A stretch of 64,000 bases of DNA from Nitrosopumilaceae archaeon (GCA_965209085.1 OZ242376.1:544001-608000), one strand, 5' to 3'. Positions 10,330-20,132 are shown, counted from the stretch's first letter. Notes: generated by a model not told the origin, from the sequence alone. Program-made: numbers and translations.

Positions 10330-10613
10330 GATTTTATCAGAGTAATCTGTATCGTACTAACCATCCGTCCCATAGTCTTTGGCACATCACTGCTAAGGTG
10401 AATTTTTTCAATCCTTGAATTTCCCTTTAAGAGCCTCTCTGTTACAATGTTTGCAACAGTAACTGCACTAGTTATTGTCTCACCGCGCCCATGCAATACC
10501 ACCGTACCATGTTTTCCCAAAATCTGTAAAACATTTATCGCATATCCCATTACCTGCCGACCGTCTTTAACTGTATATTTTGTCAAATCTTTATTTTGCA
10601 CGGACATTGTCAT
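10326..10613 (-). CDS. Alba-family DNA/RNA-binding protein
   Basis: VVLHGRGETITSAVTVA ... RMVSTIQITL. Confidence 0.8.
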   Translation of the reverse strand: MTMSVQNKDLTKYTVKDGRQVMGYAINVLQILGKHGTVVLHGRGETITSAVTVANIVTERLLKGNSRIEKIHLSSDVPKTMGRMVSTIQITLIKS

Positions 10614-10644
10614 GCCCTCTCTCCTATAAGGTTAAAATTATATC

Positions 10645-11118
10645 TCACTTGAAAGCCTCGATGCTAATATTCTGATAGTCTCCGTTTGGTAAAGTTCGTT
10701 TTATTACAATGGGTATTACCTTTGCTTTGAGCTCCTCCATTGCTATATCCAAGGAGGTTTTGGCATGCTCTGGTATGGGTATGAACGTGGGCGCACCAAG
10801 TGAGAGTTGCAATGCCCTAGCCCCTAGTATGCGTGCTTTTTCAAACCGAGTCAAAGTGGGCGGTCCAATTGAGACACTTTTTTCATAGACAATTTCTACA
10901 GGCTCATGTGGGGTATCTGCCTCTACAACGTCGCGCTCTTCGATGATCTTTATCTTCTTCTCCAATTCTACCTGTTGCTCGTCTGTAAGCGTACCCTTAC
11001 TCTCTACCATCTTACGGTACATGTTTAGGGATTTTGCAAGACCTGTATCCATAGCCTTTTCTTTATCTTTATCTTCTTCTACAACAGCATCCTGAGGGAC
11101 ATCGGCATTATCTGACAA
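10645..11118 (-). CDS. rpoK: DNA-directed RNA polymerase subunit Rpo6 (K)
   Basis: LTRFEKARILGARALQLSLGAP ... IPIVIKRTLPNG. Confidence 0.95.
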   Translation of the reverse strand: MSDNADVPQDAVVEEDKDKEKAMDTGLAKSLNMYRKMVESKGTLTDEQQVELEKKIKIIEERDVVEADTPHEPVEIVYEKSVSIGPPTLTRFEKARILGARALQLSLGAPTFIPIPEHAKTSLDIAMEELKAKVIPIVIKRTLPNGDYQNISIEAFK

Positions 11119-11208
11119 ACATGGCGACTATGAAAAGCTAACTTATAACCGTATATAACAAAAAATGCAAAAACACCCCTCTGTCAATACATATAGGCAC
11201 AACCTCAC

Positions 11209-11649
11209 TTGTATTGCATGGGAAAATCCGGTTTCGCAGATACTGTGCGCAAAACTGTTCTAATTGATGCCCCACCTGCCAAAGTCTGGAAAATTATATC
11301 CAAAATAACAAACCTCTGGTGGGTTGCCGGCGTTGCAAAGACTTCATACCTTGCAGGCCCATCTAGCAAATTTGGCGCCGGCCGGGTGATATCCACTGAT
11401 GCCGGATCTGAGATTATAGAGGTGATTACCGGATGGAAGGTAAATGAATACATTTCCTATGTTGCCCTCTCAGGCTTGGATATTTCAGCATATCATGCTA
11501 CAATATCACTTGAGCAAAAGACTAAGAAAACTCGCATCGCATGGGAGTCAGTCTTTGCAGATAAAGATGAGAATAAAGTTGAGGTTTTTAAAAAAGAGAT
11601 TGCCAAATTTTATGCAAAATCCCTAAATACGCTGCGGGTAAGATTTTAA
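11209..11649 (+). CDS. SRPBCC/polyketide-cyclase-like protein
   Basis: IDAPPAKVWKII ... GAGR ... E.ITGW, with a C-terminal helix. Confidence 0.75.
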   Translation: MYCMGKSGFADTVRKTVLIDAPPAKVWKIISKITNLWWVAGVAKTSYLAGPSSKFGAGRVISTDAGSEIIEVITGWKVNEYISYVALSGLDISAYHATISLEQKTKKTRIAWESVFADKDENKVEVFKKEIAKFYAKSLNTLRVRF

Positions 11650-12605
11650 AGATTTCCACTGTTAATGTCTTGCAGACATTTTACAACATTTTCCTTTGAT
11701 ATTGAAATCGGGTTTGGATCCAAATGTCCCCTGTCAGTCATTACAGTATCAGCTGCTTTTTCAACGTCCGCCTTTAACTGCATTTTCTCAAAGCCAAGTT
11801 TCTTGACAATTTCCTTGAATTGTTCGTAAAACTGTGACTTGTTGTGTTTGTGCGCTACAGTAGTGCATGATGAGAGCGAATATCCGTGCGGAACACCCTC
11901 GTTTGAGAATACATACGATAATGCATGACCCAATGTTGTAGAGCAGTTTCCAAATCCAATGCCAGACAGCATTGAACCGTACGGATACATTTCCGGTTTA
12001 TCATTTATAATTGCATCATATAGCACATCAAACGCCTGTTTGCACATTGTACGGGTAAAATCATTTCCAAGTTTGCTGTCATACCCTTCGGTTGCCTGCG
12101 CGCACGCATCGCATACAGAATTGTTTACAATCTGTTGTGGCGTACCCTCCATAAAGTATGAATCAACAACTGCCATATCTGCTAGAAATTTATCCTCTCT
12201 GAGCAGTTTCTTTTTTCCATCAAATTTTAGCACGCAATACGTGGTCATTTCAGCTCCTGTACCAAAAGTTGTAGGGATGAGAATCTTCTCCTTGCCCATC
12301 TCCGGAGCTGAGTATTTTACAACATCCATAGAGCTCCCTCCCCCAAGACCGATTATCACTGATGGATCTTTTGATTTAAACTCTGATATCACTCCGTTTA
12401 CATCATTAATGGACGGCTCTGGTGTTACCTTGTCATACAGCATGTAATCCTCTATTCCCATGCGGTCAAGCCACTTGCCTGAGAGTGCCGGAGGCGCTGT
12501 TGTAACAACTAGGGCGTTTTTTGGGTATTTGGCCTCTGATAGGGCATTTTTGCCAAAATTGATCACTTTGGGTATTTTAAGCGTGTTCACAATCTTTATC
12601 CTCAT
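11646..12605 (-). CDS. Iron-containing alcohol dehydrogenase, probably the malonate-semialdehyde reductase of the thaumarchaeal 3HP/4HB cycle
   Basis: GLGGGSSMD, IPTTFGTGAE and LGHALSY..PHG motifs. Resembles, from memory, N. maritimus Nmar_1110. Confidence 0.8.
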   Translation of the reverse strand: MRIKIVNTLKIPKVINFGKNALSEAKYPKNALVVTTAPPALSGKWLDRMGIEDYMLYDKVTPEPSINDVNGVISEFKSKDPSVIIGLGGGSSMDVVKYSAPEMGKEKILIPTTFGTGAEMTTYCVLKFDGKKKLLREDKFLADMAVVDSYFMEGTPQQIVNNSVCDACAQATEGYDSKLGNDFTRTMCKQAFDVLYDAIINDKPEMYPYGSMLSGIGFGNCSTTLGHALSYVFSNEGVPHGYSLSSCTTVAHKHNKSQFYEQFKEIVKKLGFEKMQLKADVEKAADTVMTDRGHLDPNPISISKENVVKCLQDINSGNL

Positions 12606-12774
12606 GTATATTCTTATTATACTTTACAATCCATAATTTGTCTAAAACATGGGTTGCTTTGTGTAAAAATCCTTGGTGTTTTTTATTAATTGATATAGGT
12701 GCAAATTACGTACAAGTGCATCATTTTGACTGTTTTAAGATGTGATTGTATTTTTTTTGAATCTTTACAGCTGC

Positions 12775-13251
12775 TGATCTTACCCCATCGGTTCGCAATT
12801 CAGCAGATGTGGTCCATCACGGACATGTAACAAAAAGAGGAAAGCTGAATGATGCGGTGGCCATTGGTGGAATCTGTTACCACCCATGTCCGATTTGCAT
12901 CAGAGAGTAACATTTCTGAATTTTACTGACGTCTTGCAAAAAATAGAGGATCATCCAAGGCCAAAGTTGCAGCAGCCAAGATGCTTGATGTCATATTTTG
13001 TATACTAAAGGATAGGAGTGAATTTGAAATAAATCATAGTTAAAGCAACAAACCGCGGGTTAGATTTTGGGGATGTTACCCCTGCTGCATAATTGCGGTA
13101 AGCTTTAACATGTGGATAAAGATGGTTGTGGGATTAAATCCCGAATGGATAGATGTCTTTTTATTTTTTGACTGGAAACAGACACATAGCGAAAGCCATA
13201 CCGCATGACACAAAAAATCAAGAAACATTTAAAAAGTATTCACACGGATAA
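12775..13251 (+). mobile_element. IS110 remnant: decayed 3' recombinase fragment plus complete non-coding right end
   Basis: Highly similar to 17165-17642, with an internal TGA stop; ends CACACGGAT-AA-ACTTTATT. Confidence 0.9.
13044..13249 (+). ncRNA. Second, diverged copy of the candidate IS110 bridge RNA
   Basis: Aligns to 17436-17640 and keeps the GGGG-ATGTTA-CCCC and GGGAT-TAA-ATCCC hairpins. Confidence 0.6.
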
Positions 13252-13291
13252 ACTTTATTAGCTTTATATACTAGTTTTACTTTACAATAAT

Positions 13292-13504
13292 ATGAACGTT
13301 GGAATAATAGGTATGGGATTATTTTTTACTGGACTAGGGCTTAGTTTGTTATCTGTGTGTATTCAAAATGAGGTAGGTGGATTTCAATATTCTATCAATC
13401 CAAAAGTAGGTGGTATGTTACTCGATACTATTGGAATAGCCATAATGGCATTAGGTGCAGTATTATTAGGTATAATCATATCTAAAAAAGCAAATATTAA
13501 GTAA
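13292..13504 (+). CDS. Small protein with two transmembrane helices
   Basis: Two hydrophobic helices and a basic tail. Confidence 0.55.
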   Translation: MNVGIIGMGLFFTGLGLSLLSVCIQNEVGGFQYSINPKVGGMLLDTIGIAIMALGAVLLGIIISKKANIK

Positions 13505-13725
13505 AAATTCCAATTATGATAATACAATACTTCAATCTAAATTATGTAATATTATAATAGACCTTGTGCATATCAATCACTAAAACATACGATTCCGACT
13601 ATGACGCTGTCATGATCAAAGTACACATGGCCTAAAACCTTCAAGCAGACAACAAAATAAATCAAAATATCATATGCATGACAAAAAAACAGAATATTAT
13701 ACGTGATCGTGTGCACAAAGATGTG

Positions 13726-14877
13726 CTACTTGATTTGAGGGCAGACTTTTTCCAACGGTTCGATATACTTGCGATCCTTTAACATGATGTGCAGGTTGGT
13801 CAGTCCTGTAACCACTTGGATTTCTGTATAAAACGCATCCATTGTGTCATCATATATGGTACTCATTCTACGGAACCATTTGAGCCGGTTTATGGCATGC
13901 TCTACTTTTATGCGCTTACGACTGATTCTCTTGCTGTATTCGCGTTCTGTCTCTGTCAATCCTCTGCCCTTTGGTTTTTTGTACGGTTGCTTTGAGATAA
14001 TTCCAGGATAGTCTTTTTCCACGGACAAGTATCCCTTGTCAGTATATAGCATAATTTGTCGCTCTTTGTTTGTATCCGAATTTTTCATGCCATCGGTCCA
14101 TTTGCCAAAATTTGGCGGATTACGTCGCAGTACCTCCATGTCATGTACTGAACCCTCTTCGGGTCCGCCAATGTCAAGTACCAGCCCGTCTTTGTTTGAG
14201 GTTATCTGTACGTTGTAGACGTGCCTCTTACGCTTTCCAGAGTATACTACCTCTTGGTTCTCCTGCGGTCTTTGAACCTGCACAAATGTGGCATCAAGAT
14301 ACAGCTCGCCACCGCCCCTGCCTGATGCGAATTTTTTAAACGACTCGATGGTACGCTCTTCCCGTATCGCAGCACCAACATTCTTAGCCGTTGGAAGAAT
14401 ATTCATCAACAGCTCATCAGCAAATACCAGATATCTGCTGATGGTACTCTGATCAACGCCTGCAATGGCTGCAAGCATTTCCTGTTTGGGGTTATTGCGC
14501 TTGCGGCATAGTGCGACAAACAAAATTTGTGGTGCAGTAAGAATACAGGTGTTTCCCGGATCGTCGACATATTCTGAAAAGCGAGGGGTTTCTGGCGAGT
14601 CTTCAACGGCATTTATGAACCGTTTCTGAATCCATTCAAATTCTTCACGATCCATTCCAGTCATCCCGTATAGATAATTGTCATCATCAACCATATGGTT
14701 CAAGTATTCATAAGCAGATTGTTTTTCGGTCTTATCCCCATCTATCATTTTTTTGTAGCGTTGGTTTTCTGCTTCAAGTTTGGAGATTCTTTTTTCCAAC
14801 TTGGAGATTATACGTTTGTCTGTAGCACACATGCTGTGTGATTGTAATACTTGATCATAGATCTTTCGATTTGCCAA
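13726..14877 (-). CDS. IS-A transposase (IS5/ISL2, DDE_Tnp_4-type)
   Basis: LYLDATF, YSGKRKRH, GSVHDM, TDKGY and RIKVEHAI..LKWFR motifs. Confidence 0.93.
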   Translation of the reverse strand: MANRKIYDQVLQSHSMCATDKRIISKLEKRISKLEAENQRYKKMIDGDKTEKQSAYEYLNHMVDDDNYLYGMTGMDREEFEWIQKRFINAVEDSPETPRFSEYVDDPGNTCILTAPQILFVALCRKRNNPKQEMLAAIAGVDQSTISRYLVFADELLMNILPTAKNVGAAIREERTIESFKKFASGRGGGELYLDATFVQVQRPQENQEVVYSGKRKRHVYNVQITSNKDGLVLDIGGPEEGSVHDMEVLRRNPPNFGKWTDGMKNSDTNKERQIMLYTDKGYLSVEKDYPGIISKQPYKKPKGRGLTETEREYSKRISRKRIKVEHAINRLKWFRRMSTIYDDTMDAFYTEIQVVTGLTNLHIMLKDRKYIEPLEKVCPQIK

Positions 14878-15668
14878 AATTGATTTTTTGGTTAATATGC
14901 ATAACCATATGTGAAGGGATCTTCTAAGACCACAGATGGTTGTAAGAATGTCAAACGATCCGTATCACCGAAACGTAAATCATCTAAAAAAGATCCAAAT
15001 GCAAACAAACAGATTACCACATATTCTGGGAAGAATATGTTTGTTGGAATGGACGTTCACAAGAAATTTCTTCAAGTTGCAATGATGGATAAAAAAGCCA
15101 AAGTGATTTTTAATGAGAGGATTGAAAATGAAAACAAGTCCATCAGCCGATTCTTCAGATCAAGTGTACCTGAAAATGCAAAAATCGTAATGGAATCTTC
15201 GTCCGTATGGTACGGATTATATCGATACATGACAGATAAAATGGGTTATGATGTCGTATTGTCAAATCCATGGGCGACAAAAATCATCGCCGCATCCAAG
15301 AAAAAGACCGACAAGAGGGATGCTGTAACACTTGCAGACCTATTACGGTGCGGATACATATCCCTCTGTCATGTCTCAAACAAGGACATAGTGGAACAAC
15401 GGCAACTTGTACGATATCGCGACAGTCTTGTCAAGACAAGAACAACTCTAAAAAACAAAATACATGGAATTTTGTTACAGGGAGGGATAAAGATCTTTGG
15501 AGCAACATTTACGCTTACATACAATAGAAAACTGCGTTCTCTAAAGGATTACCGTATAAACGGATATTTGGATTCTATTGGATTCGTTAATACAAAAATT
15601 GCAGACTCAAACATAAAAGTACACAACGCATCCTGTTCAAACAAGGATGCAATGTTGCTCAAGACAAT

Positions 15669-17068
15669 AGACCTCATGCATAATTAACTAAAAAATCAAT
15701 TTTGGCAAATCGAAAGATCTATGATCTAGTATCATGTGAGCATAGCATGTGCAAATCAGACAAACGCATGATCTCTAAACTGGAAAAGACGATCTTAAAG
15801 ATGGAAAAGACGATCCTAAAGATGGAAAAGAATAGCTCCAGGCAGGAATCAGAAATTCAACACTACAAAAAGATGGCACAGAGTAGCAATGATGACAAAA
15901 GACAACATGTCGATAAATATTTGAACAAGGGAATTGGGAATGATGTTCATCTATATGAAATGACAGGAATGAACCGTGAAGAATTTGAATGGATTCTAGA
16001 ACGGTTCAAAAAAACCGTAGAAAATTCATCAGAGATTCCCCGCTTTTCAGAATATGTGGACGATCCTGGAAACACCTGTATCCTTACCGTAAAGCAAGTT
16101 TTGTTTATCGTATTGTGCCGCAAACGCAATAATCTCAAACAGGGAGCACTTGCGTTCATTGCAGACGTTGATCAGAGCACCATTAGCAGATATCTGACAT
16201 TTTCTGATGAACTATTGATGGATATTCTTCCAACGGCTAAGAATATTGGTGCTGCAATACGGACAATACGTACAAGCGAGTTGTTTAAAAAATTCGTACC
16301 CGGCAGAGGCGGCGGCGAGCTATATCTTGATGCCACGTTTGTACAGGTTCAAAGACCGCAGGAGAATCAAGAAACAGTATACTATTCTGGAAAGCGCAAA
16401 AGGCACGTCTACAGCATACAGATAACCTCCAACAAAGATGGAGTGGTAAATGACATTGGCGGTCCAGAAGAGGGCTCAGTACATGACATGGAGGTACTGC
16501 GGCGTAATCCGCCAAATTTTGGCAAATGGACCGATGGCATGAAAAACTCTGATACAAAAAAAGAGCGCCAAATTACACTCTACACCGACAAGGGATACTT
16601 GTCCGTGGAAAAAGACTATCCTGGAATTATCTCAAAGCAGCCATACAAAAAACCAAAGGGTAGGGGATTGACAGAGACAGAACGCGAATATAGCAAGAGG
16701 ATCAGTCGTAAGCGCATAAAAGTAGAGCATGCCATAAACCGGCTCAAATGGTTTCGCAGAATGAGTGCCGTATATGATGACACAATGGATGCATTTTATA
16801 CAGAAATCCAAGTGGTTACAGGACTGACCAATCTGCACATCATGTTAAAGGATCGCAAGTATATCGAACCGTTGGAAAAAATTTGCCCTCAAATCAAGTA
16901 GCACATCTTTGTGCACACGGTTACGCATAATATTCTGCTTTTTGTCATGCATATGATATTTTGATTTATTTTGTTGTCTGCTTGAAGGTTTTAGGCCATG
17001 TGTACTTTGATCATGACAGTGTCATAGTAGGAACCGTATGTCTTTGCAGTTGATTATGCATGAACTCT
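15669..17068 (+). mobile_element. IS-A complete copy (1400 bp)
   Basis: TIRs AGACCTCATGCATAAT and ATTATGCATGAACTCT; TSD AAT at 15666-15668 and 17069-17071. Confidence 0.95.
15702..16901 (+). CDS. IS-A transposase
   Basis: 399 aa with DDE motifs; near-identical to 28970-30166. Confidence 0.93.
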   Translation: MANRKIYDLVSCEHSMCKSDKRMISKLEKTILKMEKTILKMEKNSSRQESEIQHYKKMAQSSNDDKRQHVDKYLNKGIGNDVHLYEMTGMNREEFEWILERFKKTVENSSEIPRFSEYVDDPGNTCILTVKQVLFIVLCRKRNNLKQGALAFIADVDQSTISRYLTFSDELLMDILPTAKNIGAAIRTIRTSELFKKFVPGRGGGELYLDATFVQVQRPQENQETVYYSGKRKRHVYSIQITSNKDGVVNDIGGPEEGSVHDMEVLRRNPPNFGKWTDGMKNSDTKKERQITLYTDKGYLSVEKDYPGIISKQPYKKPKGRGLTETEREYSKRISRKRIKVEHAINRLKWFRRMSAVYDDTMDAFYTEIQVVTGLTNLHIMLKDRKYIEPLEKICPQIK

Positions 17069-17435
17069 AATACCTGGCATAGGTGATTTTATTTCATTGA
17101 TACTGGCAGCAGAGATTGATGGAGTTGAGAGGTTTTCTGAACCAAAACAACTCAAATCATATGCAGGTCTTGCCCCATCGGTTCGCAATTCAGCAGATGT
17201 GGTCCATCACGGACATGTAACAAAAAGAGGAAGCAGGATGATGCGGTGGGCACTGGTGGAAGCTGTTACCACCCATGTCCGATTTGCATCAGAGAGTAAC
17301 ATTTCTGAATTTTACCGGCGTCTTGCAAAAAAGAGAGGATCATCCAAGGCCAAAGTTGCAGCAGCGGCCAAGATGCTTGATATCATATTTCGTATGCTAA
17401 AGGATAGGAGTGAATTTGAAATACATCATAGTTAA

Positions 17436-17640
17436 AGCAACAAACCGCGAGTTAGAGTTTGGGGATGTTACCCCGTTGCATAACTGCGGTAAGCTTTAAC
17501 ATGTGGACGAAGATGGTTGTGGGGTTAAATCCCGAATGGATAGATGTCTTTTTACCTTTTGACTGGAAACAAACACATAGCGAAAGCCATACCGCATGAC
17601 ACAAAAAAGCAAGAAACCTTTAAAAAGTATTCACATGGAT
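17436..17640 (+). ncRNA. Candidate IS110 bridge/seek RNA with target-binding and donor-binding loops
   Basis: Guides TAGAGTTT (17453-17460) and TGCATAA (17477-17483) flank the GGGG/CCCC hairpin and match the target. ATGGTT (17513-17518) and ATGGATA (17536-17542) flank a second hairpin and match the donor junction. RNA boundaries are approximate. Confidence 0.75.
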
Positions 17641-17647
17641 AAACTCT

Positions 17648-17853
17648 ATTGAACCGTTGGAAAAAGTCTGCCCTCAAATCAAGTAGCACATCTTTGTGCA
17701 CACGGTCACGCATAATATTCTGCTTTTTGTCATGCATGTGACATTTTGATTTATTTTGTTGTCTGCTTGAAGGTTTTAGGCCATGTGTACTTTGATCATG
17801 ACAGTGTCATAGTAGGAACCGTATGTCTCAGGGATTGATTATGCATGAACTCT
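17648..17853 (+). mobile_element. Isolated IS-A right end
   Basis: Encodes IEPLEKVCPQIK*, then the 3' UTR and TIR ATTATGCATGAACTCT, followed by AAT. Confidence 0.9.
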
Positions 17854-17946
17854 AATATGTTGAACGTTTTCTTCAATTATTGGTCAATAATGGTTGGGGG
17901 AATTAAATTTATAATCACCTTGAATCTTTGTATGTGCAAAGATAAT

Positions 17947-18660
17947 TTAGGACTTTGGATAATAGCGACAATAAAATTTCCACCACAATTTCCAATATTT
18001 AGATCTATTTTCCCAACCTTGTAATATTTGTTCGATATAAATTAAAGCATCATGTTTTGTTTTTTTAATTATATATTTTTGCAATGGATTAAAACGTAGT
18101 TTATTATATTCATTATAAATACCTCTTATCCCTGATCTAAAAATATTCAAATTTGACCAAAAATATTTTGCATCTTTTTTATAATTAATTATTTTAATTT
18201 TTAATGATTTTTTTTCAAAATAATCTACATCTGTAATTAGTAATCCATCATTTAATAAATACGATATGCATTGTTTTAATATTTTATATCTTCTAACTCC
18301 AGTTACATATAGTACTGCTTTACTACATATTACAATATTTGCCTTTGGTCCTTTGTATGATAAGTTAAGAATATCTTCATTTATAAATTCATCACAATTT
18401 TTTTTTGCTTTATTTTTAATATTTTTTTTCTTAGTAACGTCAATGCCTATAATATATGGGTTAATATTCTCCCTTTTTATTCTCTCACGTGAATCATTTA
18501 TTGCTACTCCAGTAGAACAACATGCATCAATAATTACTGGAGATGTTAATTTTTTATCTTTTAAATATTCCATTATTAACTTATCGATTCCAGTGTATTC
18601 ATACCTGTTACTATATGTAGTAGTATTCTTCCAATTTCCATCTGACATAATATGTGACAT
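17947..18660 (-). CDS. Class I SAM-dependent methyltransferase-like protein
   Basis: IIDACCSTG (motif I-like), IIGIDV, and LLNDGLLI; very AT-rich. Confidence 0.6.
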   Translation of the reverse strand: MSHIMSDGNWKNTTTYSNRYEYTGIDKLIMEYLKDKKLTSPVIIDACCSTGVAINDSRERIKRENINPYIIGIDVTKKKNIKNKAKKNCDEFINEDILNLSYKGPKANIVICSKAVLYVTGVRRYKILKQCISYLLNDGLLITDVDYFEKKSLKIKIINYKKDAKYFWSNLNIFRSGIRGIYNEYNKLRFNPLQKYIIKKTKHDALIYIEQILQGWENRSKYWKLWWKFYCRYYPKS

Positions 18661-18687
18661 TGTATTCCAATATATTATTGTATGTGA

Positions 18688-18858
18688 TTATAGTCCCGAT
18701 TCAACGAATAATTTCCTCCAACGACTGAACGTCATCGGATTGATATTGTGCTTGCAGCACAGCTCTACGTGGATATTGCGTATGTTTATTGACTCCATGA
18801 TGATACACACCTTTTCATCTGGAGCATGATGTGGTTTTTTCATTGACAAATCCACTTT
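18688..18858 (-). pseudogene. IS3 OrfA fragment
   Basis: IIMESIN..ELCCKHNINP..RWR, homologous to 7012-7302. Confidence 0.75.
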
Positions 18859-18859
18859 C

Positions 18860-19604
18860 GAGATGGGAATGACTGTGTATTGCCATAAAAACAATGCAAC
18901 AACTGCCATATGATGAACTCGTAAATTATCTTGAAGATTCACCACGTTTACTATCAATACTAGGCTTGAAAAGAGTGCCGTCAAGGTCGGCGTTTCAGGT
19001 AGCATCTACTAGAATTGATGAACATTTCATCACATGGATGATAAATTCTGCAAGCAGACCTGGAATGAAAGGTACATTGTACTGGGATTTTACAGGAATT
19101 GCAATAAACGGGCATAACACGTAGCTTGATGCAAAAAATGGATCAAGGTCCCGACGGGATTATCGCAAATTGCATATTGTAACTGCTGAAAACAGCATAA
19201 TCATATCATATGATATTACCCATGTACGATGCCATGATGCACCAATATTTGAGCAAATATGTGGCACACTGCCGCACGGTTCCGACCACATGATGCTTGA
19301 TGCCGCATACCATTCACGCAACATATGCTCGCTCATAGAAAAGATCGGACGAATTCCTGTAATAATACCAAGAAAAGGTGTTCGCGTACGTGGATTTGAC
19401 GCAATGGGCATAAGATGGCATCGTGATAATCCTGATGAATTTCTATCCATATACTACAAACGCAGCAACGTAGAGGCCACGTTTTCATCCATGAAGAGAA
19501 GGTTTTCATCCACTCTGAGTGCCCGCAAATTTGCAACACAGAAAATTGAATTGGAATTCTTTGTCTTGTGCCATAATATTCACATTCTATCTGCCGCAGT
19601 CTAG
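18860..19604 (+). pseudogene. IS4/IS5-superfamily (DDE_Tnp_1-type) transposase with an internal stop at 19122-19124
   Basis: WDFTG, KLHI, HDA, LDAAY and YYKRSNVEATFSSMKRRF motifs. Confidence 0.8.
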
Positions 19605-19824
19605 ATTCTGACACTTTGTGTCAGATACCATCCTAGCGTATGCTATACTCTAAAACCCAATATTTGCAATACTGGCAAGATGAGCAGGGCTTGATGATGA
19701 TGAATTGGTAGACATGTTGCATGATTTTAAATGAATTTGATCGGATTTTATAAAAATGCTCATTCATGGACAGAACTCCAAATAGAATATAGTTTTTATA
19801 TGACACACAACAATATAAGATCAA

Positions 19825-20121
19825 ATGCTAGGTTCATGGAAGAGATTTACTAAAGAAAATGTAAAACGTGAAAAGAATACAATTGGTGTTTATGAATTAG
19901 CAAATAAAAATGACACAACACATTATATCGGAGAAGGAAAAGTGACTGATAGGTTAAATTCTCATTTTATAAAAAATAGTGATCCAATACCTGGCACGGC
20001 AAAATTTCGAACAGGACGTACAAATAGTAAAAAACTGGCACAATCCAAGGAATCTTCACTATTAGATGCATATAAGAAAAAATATGGCAAATTACCAAAA
20101 TATAATCAACACACGGGATAG
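19825..20121 (+). CDS. Small GIY-YIG-like nuclease
   Basis: GVYEL..HYIGEG..DRLNSH ... E ... LPKYN. Confidence 0.65.
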   Translation: MLGSWKRFTKENVKREKNTIGVYELANKNDTTHYIGEGKVTDRLNSHFIKNSDPIPGTAKFRTGRTNSKKLAQSKESSLLDAYKKKYGKLPKYNQHTG

Positions 20122-20132
20122 CAAAATTTGTA

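Larger units (their letters stand above)
15038..17435 (+). pseudogene. IS110 DEDD recombinase, split by IS-A at 15669-17068
   Basis: VGMDVHK, VMES and KTDKRDA supply DEDD. Removing the insert rejoins LLKT-IPGIGDFISLILAAEI...YAGLAPSVRNSA...GSRMMRWALVEA. Confidence 0.92.
14905..17642 (+). mobile_element. IS110/IS1111-type element containing a nested IS-A copy
   Basis: Core AA at 14903-14904 and 17641-17642. Sub-terminal inverted repeat ATGTGAA/TTCACAT lies 4 bp inside each end. Long 3' non-coding end. Confidence 0.88.
13559..17647 (-). mobile_element. IS-A copy whose left TIR is split by the IS110 insertion
   Basis: Right end AGACCTTGTGCATATC at 13559. Left TIR is ATGCAT-AA (14897-14904) continued by ACTCT (17643-17647). 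Confidence 0.85.

Noticed and set aside
13070-13259. Guide-target covariation between the two bridge-RNA copies
   Set aside because: The guide change (TAGATTTT) and the flank change (ACTTT) are at different positions, so they are not compensatory and were not counted as evidence.
14911-15687. Stand-alone 258-aa IS110 ORF ending IDLMHN (same ending at 30181-30411)
   Set aside because: The shared DLMHN* tail is read-through into the IS-A TIR; both ORFs are 5' halves of interrupted genes.
16902-17052. Conserved IS-A 3' UTR as a guide RNA
   Set aside because: Only a small hairpin (ATGACAGTGTCAT) is visible, conservation is explained by recent copying, and there is no TnpB/IscB-like gene.
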